Shown one piece after another: positions 63,576-64,000 of a DNA stretch of 64,000 nucleotides (its first letter is position 1; every line of letters begins with the position of its first letter). Location of the stretch: IMG/VR virus record IMGVR_UViG_3300015371_000022, one strand, 5' to 3'. The DNA comes from an uncultured virus (IMG/VR IMGVR_UViG_3300015371_000022). Its lineage: Duplodnaviria; Heunggongvirae; Uroviricota; Caudoviricetes. The position numbers were made by a program, and so were the translations under genes. The notes below the pieces were generated by a model. The model did no database searches, was not told where the DNA came from, and was given only the letters and a program-made list of their open reading frames with translations.

Positions 63576-64000
63576 TCACTGCGACAGCGGCACCGTCGGC
63601 CTGGCCGGCGCTTGCTCGGTCGGCCGCAGGCTCCACTTGCCGGTGGATTTGGAGCGGCCCCACTGCATTCCCTTCGGAGCCGGATACGGCTCCTCGTTGC
63701 CGCGATAGGTCTCGAGGTCGACTTTGCCATTGCCACCGTTCGGTGCAGCGGTCGCCGGCTCGCTGGTTTTCGCACCACCGCCGGTCCCCCGGTCAGGTGG
63801 AGCAGCCGGTGCCGTCGGCCGTGCCGGTGGTGCGTTGGAATCCGGCTGCAATCGCGGCCGCAACTGCTCCCACATATCATTCTCGATTGCGGTCTGCCGG
63901 ATCTTGTCGAGCAGCTGACGGTCTTGTTCGGTGTAGCTGTAGGGCAAGCCCAGTTTACCATCCGGCGTATTTTGGTGCGCCTTAACCCGGTTCTCGAGAT
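63576..64000 (-). CDS. 3' end of a virion/ejection gene entering from the right edge
   Basis: Frame is open to the window end (LENRVKAHQNTPDGKLGLPYSY...). Confidence 0.6.
   Translation of the reverse strand, partial: LENRVKAHQNTPDGKLGLPYSYTEQDRQLLDKIRQTAIENDMWEQLRPRLQPDSNAPPARPTAPAAPPDRGTGGGAKTSEPATAAPNGGNGKVDLETYRGNEEPYPAPKGMQWGRSKSTGKWSLRPTEQAPARPTVPLSQ

Overview
The window is most of a ~62% GC (by eye) tailed dsDNA phage genome, podovirus-like, probably infecting an alphaproteobacterium (Rhizobiales-like; host inferred from regulatory motifs). It is cut inside the DNA-ejection gene cluster, with truncated minus-strand ORFs at both edges. Layout: (i) minus-strand virion and lysis genes at 1-28127 (ejection proteins, nozzle, fibres including four collagen-like proteins, adaptors, capsid, scaffold, endolysin, two glycosyltransferase-like genes, portal) and 57.5-64 kb (giant LPD38-type virion protein); (ii) a divergent terminase operon at 28190-31120; (iii) a winged-helix regulator and an AT-rich non-coding control region at 31.1-33.0 kb; (iv) plus-strand early and replication genes at 33-57.5 kb (PolA, PD-(D/E)XK nuclease, VRR-NUC, SNF2 helicase, SSB, primase-helicase, ParB-like). 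No integrase, RNA polymerase, tRNA or CRISPR array was seen. The best candidate for a new system is a late-gene switch. Four CTTAA-N7-TTAAG (CtrA-type) boxes define five promoters, each with a -10-like hexamer exactly 10 nt away. Three are coupled to terminator or RBS-occluding hairpins that a locally started transcript would escape, one box drives two divergent leaderless genes, and the phage encodes a receiver-less CtrA-like DNA-binding protein. Other leads: a +1 frameshift at TTT_CGA in the polymerase ExoI motif, a collagen plus glycosyltransferase virion-glycosylation module, tandem structured RNA elements, clamp-motif-like repeats in the ejected giant protein, and a PEP-CTERM-like gene. 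All family calls come from motif recognition by eye, not database searches.
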